From: Eledone cirrhosa
Lineage: Eukaryota
Length of the DNA: 64,000 bases
NCBI GenBank assembly: GCA_964016885.1
Contig: OZ024743.1
Coordinates: 185,442,001 to 185,506,000 of the forward strand
Direction of reading: 5' to 3'
Shown here: positions 56,231 through 64,000 of the stretch, one piece after another
Layout of the letters: each line of letters begins with the position of its first letter
Numbering within the stretch: the first letter of the stretch is position 1
Program-made: the position numbers and the translations under genes
The notes under the pieces: generated by a model
Database searches by the model: none
What the model was told of the DNA's origin: nothing
What the model saw: only the letters and a program-made list of their open reading frames with translations

Positions 56231-59200
56231 GTGTTGTTGAGTGAGATTCTAGTATGGCATAAACGTTAACAGTGTTGGTGAGTGAGATTATAGTATGGCA
56301 TAAACGTTAACAGTGTTGGTGAGTGAGATTCTAGTATGGCATACACATTAACAGTGTTGTTGATTGAGATTCTAGTATGGCATACACATTAACAGTGTTG
56401 TTGAGTGAGATTCTAGTATGGCATAAACGTTAACAGTGTTGGTGTGTGAGATTCTAGCATGGCATAAACGTTAACAGTGTTGGTGAGTGAGATTCTAGTA
56501 TTGCATAAACATTAACAGAGTTGGTGAGTGAGATTCTAGTATGGCATAAACGTTAACAGTGTTGTTGAGTGAGATTCTAGCATGGCATAAACGTTAACAG
56601 TGTTGTTGAGTGAGATCCTAGTATGGCATAAACGTTAACAGTGTTGTTGAGTGAGATTCTAGTATGGCATAAACGTTAACAGTGTTGGTGAGTGAGATTC
56701 TAGTATGGCATAAACGTTAACAGTGTTGATGAGTGAGATTCTAGTATGGCATAAACGTTAACAGTGTTGGTGAGTGAGATTCTAGTATGGCATAAACGTT
56801 AACAGTGTTGGTGAGTCAGATTCTAGCATGGCATAAACGTCAACAGTGTTGTTGAGTGAGATTCTGGTATGGCATAAACGTTAACAGTGTTGATGAGTGA
56901 GATTCTAGCATGGCATAAACGTTAACAGTGTTGGTGAGTGAGATTCTAGTATCGCATAAACGTTAACAGTGTTGGTGAGTAAGATTCTAGTATGGCATAA
57001 ACGTTAACAGTGTTGGTGAGTGAGATTCTAGTATGGCATAAACGTTAACAGTGTTGGTGAGTGAGATTATAGTATGGCATAAACGTTAACAGTGTTGGTG
57101 AGTGAGATTCTAGTATGGCATAAACGTTAACAGTGTTGGTGAGTCAGATTCTAGTATGGCATAAACGTTAACAGTGTTGGTGAGTGAGTTCTAGTATGGC
57201 ATAAACGTTAACAATGTTGGTGAGTCAGATTCTAGCATGGCATAAACGTTAACAGTTTTGTTGAGTCAGATTCTACTATGGCATAAACGTTAACAGTGTT
57301 GGTGAGTGAGATTCTAGTATGGCATAAACGTTAACAGTGTTGTTGAGTGAGATTCTAGTATGGCATAAACGTTAACAGTGTTGTTGAGTGAGATTCTAGC
57401 ATGGCATAAACGTTAACAGTGTTGGTGAGTGAGATTCTAGCATGACATTAACGTTAACAGTGTTGTGGAGCGAGTTTCTAGCATGGCATAAACGTTGACA
57501 GTGTTGGTGAGTGAGATTCTAGCATGGCATAAACGTTGACAGTATTGGTGAGTGAGATTCTAGTATGGCATAAACGTTAACAGTGTTGTTGAGTGAGATT
57601 CTAGTATGGCATAAACGTTAACAGTGTTGTTGAGTGAGATTCTAGTATGGCATAAACGTTAACAGTGTTGGTGAGTGAGATTCTAGCATGGCATAAACGT
57701 TAACAGTGTTGCTGAGTGAGATTCTAGTATGGCATAAACGTTTACAGAGTTGGTGAGTGAGATTCTAGTATGGCATAAACGTTAACAGTGTTGTTGAGTG
57801 AGATTCTAGCATGGCATAAACGTTAACAGTGTTGTTGAGTGAGATCCTAGTATAGCATAAACGTTAACAGTGTTGTTGAGTGAGATTCTAGTATGGCATA
57901 AACGTTAACAGTTTTGGTGAGTGAGATTCTAGTATGGCATAAACGTTAACAGTGTTGTTGAGTGAGATTCTAGTATGGCATAAACGTTAACAGTGTTGGT
58001 GAGTGAGATTCTAGTATGGCATATACATTAACAGTGTTGTTGATTGAGATTCTAGTATGGCATACACATTAACAGTGTTGTTGAGTGAGATTCTAGTATG
58101 GCATAAACGTTAACAGAGTTGGTGAGTGAGATTCTAGTATGGCATAAACGTTAACAGTGTTGTTGAGTGAGATTCTAGCATGGCATAAACGTTAACAGTG
58201 TTGTTGAGTGAGATCCTAGTATGGCATAAACGTTAACAGTGTTGTTGAGTGAGATTCTAGTATGGCATAAACGTTAACAGTGTTGGTGAGTGAGATTCTA
58301 GTATGGCATAAACGTTAACAGTGTTGATGAGTGAGATTCTAGTATGGCATAAACGTTAACAGTGTTGGTGAGTGAGATTCTAGTATGGCATAAACGTTAA
58401 CAGTGTTGGTGAGTCAGATTCTAGCATGGCATAAACGTCAACAGTGTTGTTGAGTGAGATTCTAGTATGGCATAAACGTTAACAGTGTTGATGAGTGAGA
58501 TTCTAGCATGGCATAAACGTTAACAGTGTTGGTGAGTGAGATTCTAGTATCGCATAAACGTTAACAGTGTTGGTGAGTAAGATTCTAGTATGGCATAAAC
58601 GTTAACAGTGTTGTTGAGTGAGATTCTAGCATGGCATAAACGTTAACAGTGTTGTTGAGTGAGATCCTAGTATAGCATAAACGTTAACAGTGTTGTTGAG
58701 TGAGATTCTAGTATGGCATAAACGTTAACAGTGTTGTTGAGTGAGATTCTAGCATGGCATACACGTTAACAGTGTTGTTGAGTGAGATTCTAGTATGGCA
58801 TACACGTTAACAGTGTTGTTGAGTGAGATTCTAGTATGGCATAAACGTTAACAGTGTTGGTGAGTGAGATTCTAGTATGGCATAAACGTTAACAGTGTTG
58901 TTGAGTGAGATTCTAGTATAGCATACACGTTAACAGTGTTCGTGAGTGAGATTCTAGTATGGCATAAACTTTAACAGTGTTGGTGAGTGAGATTCTAGTA
59001 TGGCATACACGTTAACAGTGTTCGTGAGTGAGATTCTAGTATGGCATAAACGTTAACAGTGTTGGTGAGTGAGATTCTAGTATGGCATAAACGTCAACAG
59101 TGTTGGTGAGTCAGATTCTAGCATGGCATAAACGTTAACAGTGTTGGTGAGTGAGATTCTAGCCTGACATAAACGTTAACAGTGTTGGTGAGTGAGATTC

Positions 59201-62200
59201 TAGTATGGCATAAACGTTAACAGTGTTGGTGAGTGAGATTCTAGCATGGCATAAACGTTAAAAGTGTTGGTGAGTAAGATCTAGCATGGCATAAACGTTA
59301 ACAGTGTTGGTGAGTGAGATTCTAGTATGGCATAAACGTTAACAGTGTTGTTGAGTGAGATTCTAGCATGGCATACACGTTAACAGTGTTGTTGAGTGAC
59401 ATTCTAGTATGGCATACACGTTAACAGTGTTGTTGAGTGAGATTCTAGTATGGCATAAACGTTAACAGTGTTGTTGAGTGAGATTCTAGCATGGCATACA
59501 CGTTAACAGTGTTGTTGAGTGAGATTCTAGTATGGCATACACGTTAACAGTGTTGTTGAGTGAGATTCTAGTATGGCATAAACGTTAACAGTGTTGGTGA
59601 GTGAGATTCTAGTATGGCATAAACGTTAACTGTTGTTGAGTGAGATTCTAGTATAGCATACACGTTAACAGTGTTCGTGAGTGAGATTCTAGCATGGCAT
59701 AAACGTTAACAGTGTTGTTGAGTGAGATTCTAGTATGGCATACACGTTAACAGTGTTCGTGAGTGAGATTCTAGTATGGCATAAACGTTAACAGTGTTGG
59801 TGAATGAGATTCTAGTATGGCATACACGTTAACAGTGTTCGTGAGTGAGATTCTAGTATGGCATAAACGTTAACGGTGTTGGTGAGTGAGATTCTAGTAT
59901 GGCATAAACGTTAACAGTGTTCGTGAGTGAGATTCTAGTATGGCATAAACGTTAACAGTGTTGTTGAGTGAGATTCTAGCATGGCATACACGTTAACAGT
60001 GTTGGTGAGTGAGATTCTAGTATGGCATAAACTTTAACAGTGTTGTTGAGTGAGATTCTAGTATGGCATAAACGTTAACAGTGTTGTTGAGTGAGATTCT
60101 AGCATGGCATAAACGTTAACAGTGTTGGTGAGTGAGATTCTAGCATGACATAAACGTTAACAGTGTTGTTGAGTGAGATTCTAGCATGGCATAAACGTTG
60201 ACAGTGTTGGTGAGTGAGATTCTAGCATGGCATAAACGTTGACAGTATTGGTGAGTGAGATTCTAGTATGGCATAAACGTTAACAGTGTTGTTGAGTGAG
60301 ATTCTAGTATGGCATAAACGTTAACAGTGTTGTTGAGTGAGATTCTAGTATGGCATAAACGTTAACAGTGTTGATGAGTGAGATTCTAGCATGGCATAAA
60401 CGTTAACAGTGTTGGTGAGTGAGATTCTAGTATGGCATAAACGTTAACAGTGTTGTTGAGTGAGATTCTAGTATGGCATAAACGTTAACAGTGTTGGTGA
60501 GTGAGATTATAGTATGGCATAAACGTTAACAGTGTTGGTGAGTGAGATTCTAGTATGGCATACACATTAACAGTGTTGTTGATTGAGATTCTAGTATGGC
60601 ATACACATTAACAGTGTTGTTGAGTGAGATTCTAGTATGGCATAAACGTTAACAGTGTTGGTGTGTGAGATTCTAGCATGGCATAAACGTTAACAGTGTT
60701 GGTGAGTGAGATTCTAGTATTGCATAAACATTAACAGAGTTGGTGAGTGAGATTCTAGTATGGCATATACGTTAACAGTGTTGTTGAGTGAGATTCTAGC
60801 ATGGCATAAACGTTAACAGTGTTGTTGAGTGAGATCCTAGTATGGCATAAACGTTAACAGTGTTGTTGAGTGAGATTCTAGTATGGCATAAACGTTAACA
60901 GTGTTGGTGAGTGAGATTCTAGTATGGCATAAACGTTAACAGTGTTGATGAGTGAGATTCTAGTATGGCATAAACGTTAACAGTGTTGGTGAGTGAGATT
61001 CTAGTATGGCATAAACGTTAACAGTGTTGGTGAGTCAGATTCTAGCATGGCATAAACGTCAACAGTGTTGTTGAGTGAGATTCTAGTATGGCATAAACGT
61101 TAACAGTGTTGATGAGTGAGATTCTAGCATGGCATAAACGTTAACAGTGTTGGTGAGTGAGATTCTAGTATCGCATAAACGTTAACAGTGTTGGTGAGTA
61201 AGATTCTAGTATGGCATAAACGTTAACAGTGTTGGTGAGTGAGATTCTAGTATGGCATAAACGTTAACAGTGTTGGTGAGTGAGATTATAGTATGGCATA
61301 AACGTTAACAGTGTTGGTGAGTGAGATTCTAGTATGGCATAAACGTTAACAGTGTTGGTGAGTCAGATTCTAGTATGGCATAAACGTTAACAGTGTTGGT
61401 GAGTGAGTTCTAGTATAGCATAAACGTTAACAATGTTGGTGAGTCAGATTCTAGCATGGCATAAACGTTAACAGTTTTGTTGAGTCAGATTCTACTATGG
61501 CATAAACGTTAACAGTGTTGGTGAGTGAGATTCTAGTATGGCATAAACGTTAACAGTGTTGTTGAGTGAGATTCTAGTATGGCATAAACGTTAACAGTGT
61601 TGTTGAGTGAGATTCTAGCATGGCATAAACGTTAACAGTGTTGGTGAGTGAGATTCTAGCATGACATTAACGTTAACAGTGTTGTGGAGCGAGTTTCTAG
61701 CATGGCATAAACGTTGACAGTGTTGGTGAGTGAGATTCTAGCATGGCATAAACGTTGACAGTATTGGTGAGTGAGATTCTAGTATGGCATAAACGTTAAC
61801 AGTGTTGTTGAGTGAGATTCTAGTATGGCATAAACGTTAACAGTGTTGTTGAGTGAGATTCTAGTATGGCATAAACGTTAACAGTGTTGGTGAGTGAGAT
61901 TCTAGCATGGCATAAACGTTAACAGTGTTGCTGAGTGAGATTCTAGTATGGCATAAACGTTTACAGAGTTGGTGAGTGAGATTCTAGTATGGCATAAACG
62001 TTAACAGTGTTGTTGAGTGAGATTCTAGCATGGCATAAACGTTAACAGTGTTGTTGAGTGAGATCCTAGTATAGCATAAACGTTAACAGTGTTGTTGAGT
62101 GAGATTCTAGTATGGCATAAACGTTAACAGTTTTGGTGAGTGAGATTCTAGTATGGCATAAACGTTAACAGTGTTGTTGAGTGAGATTCTAGTATGGCAT

Positions 62201-62509
62201 AAACGTTAACAGTGTTGGTGAGTGAGATTCTAGTATGGCATATACATTAACAGTGTTGTTGATTGAGATTCTAGTATGGCATACACATTAACAGTGTTGT
62301 TGAGTGAGATTCTAGTATGGCATAAACGTTAACAGAGTTGGTGAGTGAGATTCTAGTATGGCATAAACGTTAACAGTGTTGTTGAGTGAGATTCTAGCAT
62401 GGCATAAACGTTAACAGTGTTGTTGAGTGAGATCCTAGTATGGCATAAACGTTAACAGTGTTGTTGAGTGAGATTCTAGTATGGCATAAACGTTAACAGT
62501 GTTGGTGAG
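53997..62509 (+). repeat. Tandem duplication of 4,219 bp (103 monomers minus 4 bp): about 53,997-58,290 matches about 58,216-62,509
   Basis: Private markers at +4,219: CATGACATTAACG...GTGGAGCGAGTTTC 57,441/61,660, GCTGAG 57,711/61,930, ATATACATT 58,021/62,240, TAAGATCT 55,056/59,275. Confidence 0.93.
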
Positions 62510-64000
62510 CGAGATTCTAGTATGGCATAAACGTTAACAGTGTTGTTGAGTGAGATTCTAGTATGGCATAAACGTTAACAGTGTTGGTGAGTGAGATTCT
62601 AGTATGGCATAAACGTTAACAGTATTGGTGAGTGAGATTCTAGTATGGCATAAACGTTAACAGTGTTGGTGAGTCAGATTCTAGCATGGCATAAACGTTA
62701 ACAGTGTTGGTGAGTGAGATTCTAGCATGGCATAAACGTTAACAGTGTTGGTGAGTGAGATTCTAGTATCGCATAAACGGTAACAGTGTTGGTGAGTCAG
62801 ATTCTAGTATGGCATAAACGTTAACAGTGTTGGTGAGTGAGATTCTAGTATGGCATAAACGTTAACAATGTTGGTGAGTCAGATTCTAGCATGGCATAAA
62901 CTTAAACAGTTTTGTTGAGTCAGATTCTAGTATGGCATAAACGTTAACAGTGTTGGTGAGTGAGATTCTAGTATGGCATAAACGTTAACAGTGTTGGTGA
63001 GTGAGATTCTAGTATGGCATAAAAGTTAACAGTTTTGTTGAGTCAGATTCTAGCATGGCATAAACGTTAACAGTGTTGGTGAGTGAGATTCTAGTATGGC
63101 ATAAACGTTAACAGTGTTGGTGAGTGAGATTCTAGTATGGCATAAACGTTAACAGTTTTGTTGAGTCAGATTCTAGTATGGCATAAACGTTAACAGTGTT
63201 GGTGAGTGAGATTCTAGTATGGCATAAACGTTAACAGTGTTGGTGAGTGAGATTCTAGTATGGCATAAACGTTAACAGTTTTGTTGAGTCAGATTCTAGC
63301 ATGGCATAAACGTTAACAGTGTTGGTGAGTGAGATTCTAGTATGGCATAAACGTTAACAGTGTTGGTGAGTGAGATTCTAGCATGGCATAAACGTTAACA
63401 GTTTTGGTGAGTGAGATTCTAGTATGGCATAAACGTTAACAGTGTTGGTGAGTGAGATTCTAGCATGGCATAAACGTTAACAGTGTTGGTGAGTGAGATT
63501 CTAGCATGGCATAAACGTTAACAGTGTTGGTGAGTGAGATTCTAGTATGGCATAAACGTTAACAGTGTTTGTGAGTGAGATTCTAGTATGGCATAAACGT
63601 TAACAGTGTTGTTGAGTGAGATTCTAGTATGGCATAAACGTTAACAGTGTTGGTGAGTGAGATTCTAGTATGGCATAAACGTTAACAGTATTGGTGAGTG
63701 AGATTCTAGTATGGCATAAACGTTAACTGTGTTGGTGAGTCAGATTCTAGCATGGCATAAACGTTAACAGTGTTGTTGAGTGAGATTCTAGCATGGCATA
63801 AACGTTAACAATGTTGGTGAGTCAGATTCTAGCATGGCATAAACGTTAACAGTATTGGTGAGTGAGATTCTAGTATGGCATAAACGTTAACAGTGTTGGT
63901 GAGTCAGATTCTAGTATGGCATAAACGTTAACAATGTTGGTGAGTGAGATCCTAGTATGGCATAAACGTTAACAGTGTTGTTGAGTGCGATTCTAGTATG

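Larger units (their letters stand above)
1..64000 (+). repeat. 41-bp tandem satellite/minisatellite array, about 1,561 head-to-tail monomers, open at both window ends
   Basis: TAACAGTGTT starts at 1 and 42 and is still recurring at 63,970. Common polymorphisms are TTGGTG/TTGTTG/TTCGTG/TTGATG, TAGTAT/TAGCAT, TAAAC/TACAC and GAGTGA/GAGTCA/GAGTAA. No inversion or foreign sequence was seen. Each consensus monomer carries overlapping AACGTT and GTTAAC palindromes and one CTAG. Confidence 0.99.

Noticed and set aside
1-64000. CRISPR array
   Set aside because: Repeats are directly head-to-tail with no unique spacers, no leader and no cas genes.
1-64000. Repeat-encoded long ORF on either strand
   Set aside because: The + strand monomer has TAA, TGA, TAG and TAA; the - strand has TAA and TAG. 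Because 41 is not a multiple of 3, each stop visits every frame within 123 bp. The ATG reads ATG GCA TAA. Reassigning both TAA and TAG would open the - strand in places, but nothing supports that and the 1-2 bp deletions show no frame preservation.
1-64000. Telomerase, reverse-transcriptase or rolling-circle product copied from one short template
   Set aside because: Variants are inherited in ordered multi-kilobase blocks, which needs DNA-level duplication rather than repeated copying of one 41-nt template. No canonical telomere motif is present. A recombination-maintained terminal array cannot be excluded without flanks.
1-64000. G-quadruplex potential of the G-rich strand
   Set aside because: There are only isolated GG pairs about 20 nt apart and no recurring GGG runs.
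1-64000. Variant order as a deliberate information code
   Set aside because: The order is adequately explained by point mutation plus in-register duplication, and no reading mechanism is evident.

Overview
All 64,000 bases are one uninterrupted, single-orientation tandem array of a 41-bp monomer, consensus TAACAGTGTTG(G/T)TGAGTGAGATTCTAG(T/C)ATGGCATAAACGT (about 39% GC; G:C is 12:4 on the + strand). It runs off both ends of the window. Phase counting gives 1,561 monomers between positions 1 and 63,969 plus a partial one. The 32-bp shortfall from 1561x41 is fully explained by five deletion alleles. I found no gene, RNA gene, transposon, CRISPR spacer or unique sequence, and stop codons close every frame within about three monomers. 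The information lies in the order of monomer variants. Rare markers show nested kilobase-scale duplications with offsets of 16, 24-25, 49, 51, 67, 73, 76, 87, 103, 188 and 208 monomers, and one ancestral variant cassette reused at least 16 times at irregular spacing. This looks like eukaryotic satellite or giant minisatellite DNA under active recombinational turnover. I cannot name the organism or repeat family, and I cannot support a protein-coding or otherwise novel system here. The functional ideas below (splice-like signals, AP-1 sites, dyads) are hypotheses. Duplication boundaries were read by eye and are good to about one monomer.
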